Shown piece after piece: positions 18,080 to 28,003 of a stretch of 64,000 nucleotides of DNA (its first letter is position 1; each line of letters opens with the position of its first letter). Below the pieces are notes generated by a model. It saw nothing but the letters and a program-made list of their open reading frames with translations. It searched no databases and had not been told where the DNA came from. A program made the position numbers and the translations under genes. Source of the stretch: Clostridia bacterium (GTDB lineage Bacteria; Bacillota; Clostridia; Christensenellales; Borkfalkiaceae); the NCBI GenBank assembly GCA_900770945.1, contig CAAGME010000037.1, forward strand, positions 78,336-142,335, given 5' to 3'.

Positions 18080-19102
18080 ATGCAAGAACGTTGTGTATGT
18101 AAAAATAAAAGTTTAAGCGCGGGCAAAAAAAGGTTACGCTCGATTGAAAAAGGGTTAAGCGACGGCGCGAAAATACTTTTCGGGGTTTTACTGTTCTTTA
18201 TAGCCGCGTATATAGCCGCAAACGCAAAAAGATACTCGAAAATCGCATTAGACGGCGTAAAGCTGTGGGCTTTGTCCGTTCTGCCGCCTCTTTTTCCTTT
18301 CTTTTTTCTATCGTCTTTAATTACCGGAACGGGACTGACCGAAAAGCTTGCGAATGTTTTTTCGCCGTTTACGCGCTTTTTTTATAAAACGGGCGGCGTT
18401 TCGGCATATCCGCGCATTATGAGCCTGATTTCCGGCTATCCCGTAGGCGTCAGAGTGATAAGCGATTTGTATCTTTCAGGGGCGATAACAAGCGACGAGG
18501 CTTCCGATTATGCCGTAATTTGCTCTACTTCGGGACCTAATTTTATAGTAGGGTGCGTCGGAACTTGCTTCGGCGGCTACGGGCTTACGCTGTTTTTCGT
18601 CCATCTTTTTTCGTCCTTTTTAACGGGCGTTATATTCGGATTTTTCGTAAAAACAAAACCGAAAAGCAAAGCCGTAATCGGTAAAAAGACAAATCTTTCG
18701 CTCGGGGACTCCGTATACTCCGCCGTTGTTTCCGTGCTAACGCTCGGCGGGTTTGTGACGATTTTTTACATGCTTACGCATATTTTTTCGGACTTAAAAG
18801 TCTTTTATCCGCTCGTCAAAATTTTAACGCCCGTTCTCGGCGCGGCAAAAGCCGACGGACTTGTCACGGGCTTAATCGAATGTACTTTCGGGTGTAAAAA
18901 GCTTGCGGAAAGCGGGGTTGACGCCATGTCTTTCTCGCTCGCCTCGCTCGTGATTTCTTTCGGCGGACTGTCCGTCTGGGCGCAGAGCAAAACGTACTTA
19001 AAACGCGCAAACGCAAGTTTTTTGAAGTTTGCCGCCGCCAAAACCGTACAAAGCCTTGTTTCCTTTCTTGTCGCTTTCGTCGTGTTTTCGATTATTTTAT
19101 AA
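18080..19102 (+). CDS. YlbJ-like sporulation integral membrane protein (nucleoside-recognition-domain family)
   Basis: Polytopic membrane protein positioned divergently next to coaD-rsmD, as ylbJ is in Bacillus; the true start may lie downstream of 18080. Confidence 0.55.
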   Translation: MQERCVCKNKSLSAGKKRLRSIEKGLSDGAKILFGVLLFFIAAYIAANAKRYSKIALDGVKLWALSVLPPLFPFFFLSSLITGTGLTEKLANVFSPFTRFFYKTGGVSAYPRIMSLISGYPVGVRVISDLYLSGAITSDEASDYAVICSTSGPNFIVGCVGTCFGGYGLTLFFVHLFSSFLTGVIFGFFVKTKPKSKAVIGKKTNLSLGDSVYSAVVSVLTLGGFVTIFYMLTHIFSDLKVFYPLVKILTPVLGAAKADGLVTGLIECTFGCKKLAESGVDAMSFSLASLVISFGGLSVWAQSKTYLKRANASFLKFAAAKTVQSLVSFLVAFVVFSIIL

Positions 19103-19574
19103 ACTCTTTTAAAAGGGGCAAAGCTTCGCGCGGAATGTATTTTTCGAAAGGCTTACCGTCCTTTATAAGCTGTTTTACGAGTGTGGAACTTACGTTTTTC
19201 GTTTCCTTCGAGCAATTGACGAAAAGCGTTTCCATTTCGGGAAAAAGCTTAACACTGAACTCGAAAGACTTTTCTTCGTAATCCATATCCTTGCCGTCGC
19301 GTATGCCGCGGACGTAATACTTTGTGTTTTCCTCTTTCAAAAAATCGGCAACGTACCCGTCGAACGACTTAACTGTGACGGACGAGTACTTTTCGCAAGC
19401 GGCACGGAGCATTCCGAGCCGAACTTCGAGCGGAAAAACATATTTTTTTTGATTGTTGACGCCTATCGCGACGACTACCTCTTTAAACATCATGGCGCAC
19501 TTTCCGATTATGTCCATGTGTCCCGTCGTCACGGGGTCGAACGACCCGGCAAAAACGCATTTTTCGTTAAACAT
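19092..19574 (-). CDS. coaD: Phosphopantetheine adenylyltransferase
   Basis: AGSFDPVTTGHMDII nucleotidyltransferase H-x-G-H motif; 160 aa. Confidence 0.9.
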   Translation of the reverse strand: MFNEKCVFAGSFDPVTTGHMDIIGKCAMMFKEVVVAIGVNNQKKYVFPLEVRLGMLRAACEKYSSVTVKSFDGYVADFLKEENTKYYVRGIRDGKDMDYEEKSFEFSVKLFPEMETLFVNCSKETKNVSSTLVKQLIKDGKPFEKYIPREALPLLKEFIK

Positions 19575-20100
19575 TTTTCTTTTTGTAAAAGGTAAAGACA
19601 GCCTTACCGTATTTTTTTATTTTTTGCTTGTCTAATCCGCATATATCAACGCCCTCTCTGTCCTTTTCAAGCACGGCAAAGCCCTCTTTCGAGAGAATAT
19701 CGCGCTCGGCGATTATTTTAAGAGCAAGTTCGCCGTCATCCTTTTTATAGGGCGGGTCGAGAAAAATTATATCGAATTTTTCGTCCGTCGAACTTAAAAA
19801 CGAAACGCAGTCCACGTTTAAAATAGTCGGGGTTTCCTTTAAAAGCGCGGCGTTGGCTTTTGTAAGCTTCACGCTTTCGCTTGAAACGTCCGTCAAAACC
19901 ACCTTTTTTGCGCCGCGGGACAAAGCTTCCAAGCCCACCGCGCCGCTGCCCGCAAAACCGTCGTAAAAAACGCTGTCGCAAATCTCGTTTTGCAAAACGT
20001 TGAACAACGCTTCGCGCGCTCTGTCGGAAGTCGGTCTTACCGCTTCTCCCTCAAAGGTTTTTAATACTCTGCCGCGGTGTTTGCCGCCTATTATCCTCAT
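19567..20100 (-). CDS. rsmD: 16S rRNA (guanine966-N2)-methyltransferase
   Basis: DGFAGSGAVGLEALSRGA SAM-binding motif, LDPPY motif; overlaps coaD. Confidence 0.85.
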   Translation of the reverse strand: MRIIGGKHRGRVLKTFEGEAVRPTSDRAREALFNVLQNEICDSVFYDGFAGSGAVGLEALSRGAKKVVLTDVSSESVKLTKANAALLKETPTILNVDCVSFLSSTDEKFDIIFLDPPYKKDDGELALKIIAERDILSKEGFAVLEKDREGVDICGLDKQKIKKYGKAVFTFYKKKNV

Positions 20101-21980
20101 TCTTCGTCCTCGCTTTCGCCTGTTTCGTCTTTTGTTTGCTCGTCTGTTGCTTGCTCGTCTTTATTAGTATGGAAAAAATTATAAAGCGTTTCGGCTCGTT
20201 TTTCTCCGAAGCCCTCTATTCTTAAAAAATCCTGCTTTTCGGCGCGAGCCATGTTCTCCACGCTGCCGAAAGCCTCTAACAAAAGTTTTTTGTATTTTTT
20301 GCCTATTCCGGGTATTTCGTCGAGCGCGGAAGCAATGTTGCGCTTGTTGTGCAGACTCCGAAAATACGTTATCGCAAAGCGGTGCGCCTCGTCGCGGATA
20401 CGCTGCATAAGCCTTAAAACGTAGTCGCTGTGCGGCAAAACTACGGGTTCCAAAGAGTGTACGGTGAAAATTTCTTCCTCTCTTTTTGCAAGAGATACAA
20501 GGTCGATATCGGTTACGCCCATCTCGTCGAAAACTTCCTTGACGGACGAAAGCTGACCTTTACCGCCGTCGATTATGATGAGGTCGGGCTTGGGGAATTT
20601 TTCTTCTTCGTCGGTACCGAGCTTACTTAGTCGCCTTGTCAAGGCTTCTTTAAGCGATGCGAAGTCGTTTGCGTCCTCTACGGTTTTTATCATAAAGCGG
20701 CGGTATTCTTTTGCATCCTTTTCGCCGTCCGTGAAAACAACCATGGAAGCGACTTTGTCCACGCCGCTGACGTTGGAGATATCGTAACATTCCATTCGGC
20801 GCGGATATCGCGAAAGAGAGAGTATTTTTTGAAGCCTTTCGCAAGCCACGGTCGTCATGTCTTCCTTATGTTCGATTTTTTGTACGGTTTTTTCGAGATA
20901 GTCCTCGGCGTTCTTCTCCGCCATCTCGGAAAGCCTTTTTTTAACGCCCTTTTCGGGCAGCACGATATTGACGGCTTTATTGAAGTTTTTACGGAAAAAC
21001 CCCTCTATAACTTCTTTATCGTCGATTTTTTTATTTACGACAATCTCGTGCGGCAACAACTTTCCTTCGCCGTAACAAGCGCGGATAAACTCCGAAAGAG
21101 CTTCCGATATATCGCCCGTGGGGGCGGAAACGGAATAGTTTTTTCCGCCCTGCATTCTGCCGTTTCTCAGTATCAACATCGAAACGGTATAATAAATGCC
21201 GTCGGTAACTATTGAGATTACGTCAAGGTCGATAAAGCGGTTGAGGTCCGTTATCTTGCGTTCTTTTATCTTTTCGAGCATTTTGAGCTTGTCGCGAAAG
21301 TCGATTGCAAGCTCGAATTTACCCTCATCCGCAAGGCTCCTCATGCGCTCGGTTAAAATTTCTTCTGCGGCTAAGTCGTTGCCGGACAAAAAATCAATGG
21401 CTTTTTCGACTTGCTCGCGGTAATCCTCTCTGCCGATTTTGCCCGTGCAAGGCGCGCTGCATCTGCCGATATGGTAGTTTAGGCATTCGCGTTTTATTTT
21501 GGAATTAGGCAAAACCTGTGTGCATGTGCGCAAAAGGTAACATTCGTTGATTATTTCCGCAACGTCCTTTACACTCACCCCGCCCATGAACGGACCGAAG
21601 TATCTTGCGCCGTCGCTTTTGGGCTTACGCGTTACTTCAAACCGAGGGAAAGGGTCTTTGAGCTTAACCTTTAAGTAAGGGTAGGTCTTGTCGTCCTTTA
21701 AAAGAATGTTGTATCTCGGCTTGTACTTTTTGATAAGGTTGTTTTCAAGGGACAGCGCGTCGATTTCGCTATCGGTCATAATATAGTAAAAATCGGCTAT
21801 ATTCATAACCATTGCGGCGACTTTTTCAGTCTTAAACCCGGAGTAAAAGTATTGTTTTACGCGGTTTTTAAGTACTTTTGCCTTGCCGACGTAAATGACT
21901 TGCCCGTCCGAGCCGAGCATTACGTACACGCCCGGGGAAGAGGGAAGCATTTTTATTTTTTGTTCTATAATCTCGTTCAA
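20097..21980 (-). CDS. uvrC: Excinuclease ABC subunit C
   Basis: GIY-YIG N-terminus (PGVYVMLGSDGQVIYVGKAKVLKNRV), UvrBC-interaction region, C-terminal HhH; 627 aa with an acidic tail. Confidence 0.9.
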   Translation of the reverse strand: MNEIIEQKIKMLPSSPGVYVMLGSDGQVIYVGKAKVLKNRVKQYFYSGFKTEKVAAMVMNIADFYYIMTDSEIDALSLENNLIKKYKPRYNILLKDDKTYPYLKVKLKDPFPRFEVTRKPKSDGARYFGPFMGGVSVKDVAEIINECYLLRTCTQVLPNSKIKRECLNYHIGRCSAPCTGKIGREDYREQVEKAIDFLSGNDLAAEEILTERMRSLADEGKFELAIDFRDKLKMLEKIKERKITDLNRFIDLDVISIVTDGIYYTVSMLILRNGRMQGGKNYSVSAPTGDISEALSEFIRACYGEGKLLPHEIVVNKKIDDKEVIEGFFRKNFNKAVNIVLPEKGVKKRLSEMAEKNAEDYLEKTVQKIEHKEDMTTVACERLQKILSLSRYPRRMECYDISNVSGVDKVASMVVFTDGEKDAKEYRRFMIKTVEDANDFASLKEALTRRLSKLGTDEEEKFPKPDLIIIDGGKGQLSSVKEVFDEMGVTDIDLVSLAKREEEIFTVHSLEPVVLPHSDYVLRLMQRIRDEAHRFAITYFRSLHNKRNIASALDEIPGIGKKYKKLLLEAFGSVENMARAEKQDFLRIEGFGEKRAETLYNFFHTNKDEQATDEQTKDETGESEDEE

Positions 21981-22076
21981 ACGCCGTCACCTCCCGTCGA
22001 GCTTTCTTAAAGACAATGTTTGGTAAAACTTGATAAAAAAGGCGGCAAACCCTTAAAAAGGTCGTCGCCTTTGTAA

Positions 22077-23681
22077 TTATTTTGCGTATTCGACTGCTCT
22101 CCATTCCCTGATGACGTTTACTTTAATCTGCCCCGGGTATTCGAGTTCCGATTCTATCTTCTTCGCGATGTCTTTTGCGAGGAACATAGCCTGGCTGTCG
22201 TCTATCTGTTCGGGCTTGACCATTACGCGGATTTCTCTTCCCGCCTGAATGGCATAGCTCTTTTCGACGCCCTTAAAGCTCGTGGCGATGTTTTCAAGCT
22301 GTTCGAGCCTCTTGACGTAGTTAGTAGTCGTTTCTCTTCTCGCGCCCGGTCTTGCGCCCGAAATGGCGTCCGCGGCTTGTACGAGAACAGCTTCGATTGT
22401 TTTCGGTTCCACGTCGCCGTGGTGAGCCTGAATGCAGTTAATGACGTTCTTGCTCTCTTTGAACTTTTTGGCGAGGTCTACGCCGATAGAAACGTGCGTA
22501 CCCTCCACTTCGTGGTCGACGGCTTTACCGATATCGTGCAAAAGCCCGCCGCGCTTTGCGAGGTTAACGTCCACGCCGAGCTCCTGAGCCATAAGACCCG
22601 CAAGGAAAGCGACTTCTATGGAGTGTTGCAAAACGTTCTGACCGTAGCTCGTTCTGTACTTTAATCTGCCGAGGAGCTTGATAAGCTCGGGGTGAATGCC
22701 GAAAAGACCGACTTCGAACATAGCTTCCTCGCCGTTCTGCTTAATCTGAGCGTCAAGTTCTTTTTTGACTTTTTCAACCGTTTCTTCTATTCTTGCCGGG
22801 TGAATTCTTCCGTCGGCGATAAGCTTTTCGAGCGCGATACGCGCGACTTCTCTTCTCACCGGGTCAAAACCCGAAGCGATAACGACTTCCGGCGTATCGT
22901 CGATGATGAGTTCTATGCCCGTTGCGTTTTCGAGCGCGCGAATGTTCCTGCCCTCTCTGCCGATTATACGAGCCTTCATATCGTCGTTGGGGAGCGCGAT
23001 AGTGGTAACGGTTATTTCCGAAGCGTGGTCGGTGCAACAACGCTGAATGGCAAGGCTGATGATGTCTTTCGCCTTTTTGTTGGCTTCTTCTTTTGCCTCC
23101 TGTTCGATGTTTCTTACCGTAACGGCGGCGTCTTTACGCGCGTCGTCGAGAATGGCTTCGGTTATTTGCTGTTTTGCTTCTTCTTTGGTCAGTTGCGCTA
23201 CTTTTTCAAGCTCGGCGAGCATAAGCTCCGTCTGACGGTCGAGTTTTTCTTTTGTCTTGCGGATTTCCTCGTTCTTTTTTTCGAGGTCTTTTTTCATCTG
23301 CTCGACTTCTTCGTTTTTCTTTAAAAGGTTGGAGTCTTTTTTGCTTAAAACTTCGTCCTTTTGGTTGAGGCGTTGCTCCATTTTTTGAAGTTCTACGCGT
23401 TTTTCTTTCGATTCGCGCTCGAATTCGTTACGGATTTTAAGATTTTCTTCCTTCGCCTCTAAGATTGCTACTTTTTTGAGTTCTTTACTCTCCTGTTCGG
23501 CTTTATCTTTCATTTTTTTGATTTCTTCTTCGGCAGAGCCTAACTTTTTGTTTCTTGCCTTAGAAGATATCACGCTACCGACGAATCCGCCGATAATCGC
23601 GAAAACCACCGCAGCCGCGGCTATAAGACCTATGGACAAAGCGTCCACAGCCAAGAACAGGGAGCTTAATAAGTTGGACAT
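22077..23681 (-). CDS. rny: Ribonuclease Y
   Basis: N-terminal TM helix, long coiled coil, KH domain, HD domain (LLHDIGK); 534 aa. Confidence 0.9.
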   Translation of the reverse strand: MSNLLSSLFLAVDALSIGLIAAAAVVFAIIGGFVGSVISSKARNKKLGSAEEEIKKMKDKAEQESKELKKVAILEAKEENLKIRNEFERESKEKRVELQKMEQRLNQKDEVLSKKDSNLLKKNEEVEQMKKDLEKKNEEIRKTKEKLDRQTELMLAELEKVAQLTKEEAKQQITEAILDDARKDAAVTVRNIEQEAKEEANKKAKDIISLAIQRCCTDHASEITVTTIALPNDDMKARIIGREGRNIRALENATGIELIIDDTPEVVIASGFDPVRREVARIALEKLIADGRIHPARIEETVEKVKKELDAQIKQNGEEAMFEVGLFGIHPELIKLLGRLKYRTSYGQNVLQHSIEVAFLAGLMAQELGVDVNLAKRGGLLHDIGKAVDHEVEGTHVSIGVDLAKKFKESKNVINCIQAHHGDVEPKTIEAVLVQAADAISGARPGARRETTTNYVKRLEQLENIATSFKGVEKSYAIQAGREIRVMVKPEQIDDSQAMFLAKDIAKKIESELEYPGQIKVNVIREWRAVEYAK

Positions 23682-23837
23682 ATAAGCCTCCCGGAATTAT
23701 GATTTATAAAAATATATATTCGACGGTGATATGCCTGCGCCTATGCGCTCTGTCCGCATACCCTCCGAACACTTTATATAGTTTTATACTCTATTATTTT
23801 ATACTATATATCGTAGTTTGTCAATAGTAATTTTAAA

Positions 23838-23868
23838 AAAACGAAAAAAAGCCGTAAAAAAACGGCTC
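23838..23868 (-). terminator. Rho-independent terminator downstream of the cysE-like gene
   Basis: agccgt-aaaaaaa-acggct stem-loop with a U-run on the minus strand. Confidence 0.55.
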
Positions 23869-23928
23869 TCCGCTTGTTTTTAAGCGCGGAAAACCTTTTT
23901 TTACGGTTCGATTCAAGCCGATTCGTAT

Positions 23929-24819
23929 TTATTTTTTTCTTTTGATGAGTTTAAGCGCGGGTTTTTCGAGAAGCACGCTCGTATAAGGAGGAACGCTTTC
24001 AGTTAAAAACACGCTGCTGCCGATAACAGACCCTTTGCCGATAACCGTTTCGCCGCCTAAAACCGTCGCGCCGGCGTACACGGTAACGTCGTCCTCGATG
24101 GTCGGGTGACGCTTTTTACCGACGAGCGAACGAGCGTTTTTGAGCGATATCGCGCCGAGCGTTACGCCTTGATAAATATTGACTCTTTTGCCTATTTTTG
24201 TAGTTTCGCCTATTACTATGCCCGTGCCGTGGTCGATAACGAAGCTTTCTCCTATCTTTGCACCCGGGTTAATGTCTATACCCGTCTTTGAGTGAGCGAT
24301 TTCCGTCATCATGCGCGGAATAAGCGGAACGGATTGCTCGTAAAGAACGTGAGCGAGCCTGTACGTAAAAGTCGCTTCTATCCCGGGGTAAGTCAAAATT
24401 ATAAGGTCGGGGTCGGTTGCGGCGGGGGCGCCGGCAAGCGTTGCCATAACGTCCTTTTTGAAAACTTCGAAAACAAACTGCAGAGCGGAGAAAAATTCGT
24501 CGGATATTCTTTCGGCTTTTTCTATAGCCTTTTTGCAGTCGCTTTTTTCGCCTTTTGCCTCGCACAGATACGAGAAAGCCGAGGCTATAAGTCGTTTAAG
24601 CCGCTCTTTTATGCTTTCGGCTTGTCTTACGCAAGCGTCGTTATCCGCTTCGCATGAAAAACAAAAAGGATAAATCAGCTTTTTTAGCTCGTCTAAAAGG
24701 GCTTTTACCTCGTCTTTATCGGGAAGGTCGAAAATACGCGCCTTGGAGAGCTTTTCTTTGCTTTTATCGATAAGTCCCTCTATACATTCGTTAACGACGC
24801 TTTTTTCCTTCTTTTCCAT
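23929..24819 (-). CDS. cysE: Serine O-acetyltransferase (left-handed beta-helix hexapeptide-repeat acyltransferase)
   Basis: Hexapeptide repeats GTGIVIGETTKIGKRVNIYQGVTLG plus a SATase-like N-terminal helical domain; 296 aa. Confidence 0.7.
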   Translation of the reverse strand: MEKKEKSVVNECIEGLIDKSKEKLSKARIFDLPDKDEVKALLDELKKLIYPFCFSCEADNDACVRQAESIKERLKRLIASAFSYLCEAKGEKSDCKKAIEKAERISDEFFSALQFVFEVFKKDVMATLAGAPAATDPDLIILTYPGIEATFTYRLAHVLYEQSVPLIPRMMTEIAHSKTGIDINPGAKIGESFVIDHGTGIVIGETTKIGKRVNIYQGVTLGAISLKNARSLVGKKRHPTIEDDVTVYAGATVLGGETVIGKGSVIGSSVFLTESVPPYTSVLLEKPALKLIKRKK

Positions 24820-24836
24820 GAAAAAACTTCCTTTGA

Positions 24837-25856
24837 TTATTCTTGCGGTTTTACTTCTTCGTTGTTTTCCGGCATCAGTTTTTCTCTGATTTCTTTGTCA
24901 AGGCGTTCGAAAACTTCCGGGTTGGAAGCAAGATATTCTTTCGCCTTATCTCTGCCTTGCGCAATCTTGTCGCCGTTAATCGCGAACCACGAGCCGCTCT
25001 TGTCGATAAGCCCGAGTTCCACGCCCAAATCAAGCACGCAACCGGTGTTGGATATACCGCGACCGTAGATAATGTCGAATTCGGCGGTACGGAACGGAGG
25101 GGCAAGCTTGTTCTTGACGATTTTTGCTTTCGTTCTGTTACCTATCATGCCCGAAGAATCTTTGATGGCGTCGGCTTTTCTGACGTCTATACGAATGCTC
25201 GAATAGAATTTTAACGCTTTTCCGCCCGTCGTCGTTTCGGGGTTGCCGAACATAACGCCGACTTTTTCGCGAAGCTGGTTAATGAATATCACGCAAGTTT
25301 TACTCTTGTTTGTGATTGCCGTGAGCTTTCTTAAAGCCTGGCTCATAAGGCGGGCTTGCAAACCGACGTGATTGTCGCCCATATCGCCCTCTATTTCCGC
25401 CTTAGGCGTGAGAGCCGCTACCGAGTCGATAACGATAAGGTCAACCGCGCCGCTGCGGACTAAGCTGTCGGTGATATCGAGAGCTTGTTCGCCCGTGTCC
25501 GGCTGGGAAACGTAGAGATTGTCGAGGTCGACGCCGAGGTTTGCGGCATAAGAAGGGTCGAGCGCGTGTTCCGCGTCTATAAACGCAGCAATACCGCCCG
25601 CTTTTTGCGTTTCGGCTATAACGTGAAGCGCGACCGTGGTTTTACCGGAAGATTCCGGTCCGTAAATTTCGATAATTCTGCCGCGGGGCAAGCCGCCGAT
25701 ACCGAGCGCAGCGTCGAGAGTAATACAGCCCGTGGAGATAACTTCCACGCCCATATCTTTCGCTTCGTCGCCGAGCTTCATGATTGCGCCCTTACCGTAC
25801 TGTTTTTCTATCTGACCGAGTACCTGGTCAAGAGCTTTTTTCTTGTTTTCTTCCAT
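24837..25856 (-). CDS. recA: Recombinase A
   Basis: GPESSGKTT Walker A and RecA L1/L2 loop regions; 339 aa. Confidence 0.97.
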   Translation of the reverse strand: MEENKKKALDQVLGQIEKQYGKGAIMKLGDEAKDMGVEVISTGCITLDAALGIGGLPRGRIIEIYGPESSGKTTVALHVIAETQKAGGIAAFIDAEHALDPSYAANLGVDLDNLYVSQPDTGEQALDITDSLVRSGAVDLIVIDSVAALTPKAEIEGDMGDNHVGLQARLMSQALRKLTAITNKSKTCVIFINQLREKVGVMFGNPETTTGGKALKFYSSIRIDVRKADAIKDSSGMIGNRTKAKIVKNKLAPPFRTAEFDIIYGRGISNTGCVLDLGVELGLIDKSGSWFAINGDKIAQGRDKAKEYLASNPEVFERLDKEIREKLMPENNEEVKPQE

Positions 25857-25926
25857 TGTTCCCTCCGAAGTATGGTTTTGTTATTGTTTTATGTTTTCGG
25901 TTTGTTATCGTTTGCGTTTTAACGCG

Positions 25927-26312
25927 AATATCGATTGCTCGCTAATGAGTTGAAAATTGAAAATTACGGTCGAAATAAATATATAAAAAGTCAAATCCAA
26001 ATCTTTCAACTTTCATCTTTCAACTTTAATCTACGGCACTGCCGTAGCGGCGCAGGCGCGTTGTTTGCCCCGAAGCCGTAGAGTGCGTGCATGCGGCGCA
26101 ACAGGGCGATGAGTGTCGACGGGCGCATACTAAGCGTATGTAACCGAGACCGAAGAGCCACGTAGCGACGCAGGCGCGTAGCTTTTTCCGAAGCCGTAGA
26201 GTGCGTGCATGCGGCGCAACAGGGCGATGAGTGTCGACGGGCGCATACTATGCGTATGTAACCGAGACCGAAGAGCCGCGTAGCGGCGCAGGCGCACGCT
26301 ATACGGCTTCGA
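25927..26312. repeat. Intergenic repeat element in the recA leader: AT-rich TTGAAA inverted-repeat module plus a 118-bp GC-rich unit in 2.2 tandem copies
   Basis: Tandem units begin at 26044, 26162 and 26280 (period 118 bp, ~95% identical). Core …agagtgcgtgcatgcggcgcaacagggcgatgagtgtcgacgggcgcatacta… Distal end gcacgctatacggc. Proximal module gagttgaaaattgaaaatt…ctttcaactttcatctttcaacttt. Confidence 0.8.
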
Positions 26313-27344
26313 CTAAGCGGACTCTAAAATATCCTTTAACGCTACGAAAATCGCCGTATTCGCCGCTTTCTTGATTACATCTTCTCGGTCTCCCGAAAAT
26401 TTGTATTTGTAAACTTTTACGTTTTTATCCACGGAAACGCCGATGAAGCATAAGCCGTCCGTATCCGCCTTTTCCTTGCCGCCCGCGTAACCGGTTATGG
26501 TTATCGCAACGTTTGCAAAGCCGAAGTCGGTAATGCCCTTTGCCATTTCGTACGCTACGGGCGCGCTGACTACGCCGTTTTCCTTAATTGTTTGCTCGCT
26601 CACGGAAAGCCTGCCGATTTTCGAGCGCGTATCGTAAGTAATAAAGCCCTCGTAAAATATTTCGCTTGCGCCTTTTACGCTCACGATGTTTGCGGCTATT
26701 CTTCCGCCCGTCATCGATTCGGCGGTGGAAACGATTTTTCCGCGGAGCTTTGCCGCCTGGTAAAATCTTTCGTAAAGCGATGTGTCGTCTTCGGCGTAAA
26801 GCTCTTGTCTAAAAGCCCTTATAAAGTTTTTCACTGCGTCGTCCACAATCATTTTAGGCGTTGAATCGCTGTAAAAAACCGTTACTTTAACGTCGTCGTC
26901 AATTACTATATAATCGAAGAAAACCCCGCTATAAAGCGATGTAATGGCTTTTATGGTTTCTTTGAGCCGACTTTCGTTCGCGCCGAAAAGCTTAAACGTA
27001 AGCGTGCCGACGTTCTTTTTCAAAACATTTTTTACTTCCGAGGCAATGTCCGTGTTTTCGCCGAGAACGACGAGCGGATATTTGCCCTTGAAAAGGTTTT
27101 CGTCCGTCTGCTTGAAACCGTTATCGACAAGCGTTTTTACAAAATCTTTTTCCTTGTCGAATCCCGAAAGAAAACATATATCGCATTTTTCGCTTAAAAC
27201 GGACGGAAGCTCTTTAGTAGAAGTAACTATCGAAACGCGGTCTGCAAACAAGCCCGTGGCGCGTATCTTTTCGATTATGTTTTCCACCGCTTTAAGATCC
27301 GAGCTTTTGCGCCTTTCCGAAAGGTATGCAAGATGCGTTTTCAT
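26313..27344 (-). CDS. cinA: CinA-family protein (C-terminal CinA/PncC-like domain; divergent N-terminal domain)
   Basis: C-terminal half TAESMTGGRIAANI…GASEIFYEGFITYD…ANVAITITGYAGG matches CinA_C. The cinA-recA arrangement is the Bacillus-type operon. The N-terminal 170 aa lack the canonical MocF GGLGPT motif. Confidence 0.7.
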   Translation of the reverse strand: MKTHLAYLSERRKSSDLKAVENIIEKIRATGLFADRVSIVTSTKELPSVLSEKCDICFLSGFDKEKDFVKTLVDNGFKQTDENLFKGKYPLVVLGENTDIASEVKNVLKKNVGTLTFKLFGANESRLKETIKAITSLYSGVFFDYIVIDDDVKVTVFYSDSTPKMIVDDAVKNFIRAFRQELYAEDDTSLYERFYQAAKLRGKIVSTAESMTGGRIAANIVSVKGASEIFYEGFITYDTRSKIGRLSVSEQTIKENGVVSAPVAYEMAKGITDFGFANVAITITGYAGGKEKADTDGLCFIGVSVDKNVKVYKYKFSGDREDVIKKAANTAIFVALKDILESA

Positions 27345-28003
27345 TCCTCGATCGCCTCGTTTTCGATTTTTTCTTCGCCGACGGAAGAATCTTCCTTATG
27401 TTCGACCTTGCTGACCGCTTTGCTTTCGTCAAGAGCATGAGCGTTGATGTAGAAGTAATGAACGGCGGAAACGATCGCCATTATTATCGAAAGAGCAAAG
27501 ATTATAAGCCCTGCGTAATAAACCACGCGGAGCGTGTGTTCGCCCCAGATACCTTCGAAGCCTTCGTAGATTATGAGAATAAAAATCGATATATCCTGGA
27601 GCATCGTCTTTGTTTTGCCGAGCTTATCCGCCGCCATGACGTAACCTTTAGCCGCGGCGACCATTCTTAAACATGATATAAGGATTTCCCTTGCGATGAC
27701 GACTATCGTACAGATACCGCCCAACATGGAATACGGCGAAAAAACGCCCGTATCAACCATTAAAACGAGTGCAGAAAGGACCAGAACCTTATCGGCGGTC
27801 GAATCGAGGAATTTGCCTAAGTCCGTAACGAGATTATACTTTCTCGCAATGTAACCGTCGAGAAAATCCGTGAACGCCGCAAATGCGAATATAGCGGCGG
27901 CAACGATAAAATGCGCGGGGAATTCCCAATAGAATGCCGCAACGAAAAACGGAATAAGCGCAAGTCTTAAAATAGAGAGTTTGTTCGGTAAGTTAAGTTT
28001 CAT
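27341..28003 (-). CDS. pgsA: CDP-diacylglycerol--glycerol-3-phosphate 3-phosphatidyltransferase
   Basis: CDP-alcohol phosphatidyltransferase motif region DFLDGYIARK…TDLGKFLDSTADK; multiple TM helices. Confidence 0.85.
   Translation of the reverse strand: MKLNLPNKLSILRLALIPFFVAAFYWEFPAHFIVAAAIFAFAAFTDFLDGYIARKYNLVTDLGKFLDSTADKVLVLSALVLMVDTGVFSPYSMLGGICTIVVIAREILISCLRMVAAAKGYVMAADKLGKTKTMLQDISIFILIIYEGFEGIWGEHTLRVVYYAGLIIFALSIIMAIVSAVHYFYINAHALDESKAVSKVEHKEDSSVGEEKIENEAIEE

Noticed and set aside
25857-25935. LexA/Cheo box upstream of recA
   Set aside because: I looked for GAAC-N4-GTTC between the repeat element and the recA RBS and did not find a convincing match, so no SOS operator is reported.
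25857-26312. Possible CRISPR array (repeats near recA and rimO)
   Set aside because: The repeat units are 90-118 bp, GC-rich, tandem without unique spacers, and lack cas genes. They behave as an intergenic repeat family, not CRISPR.
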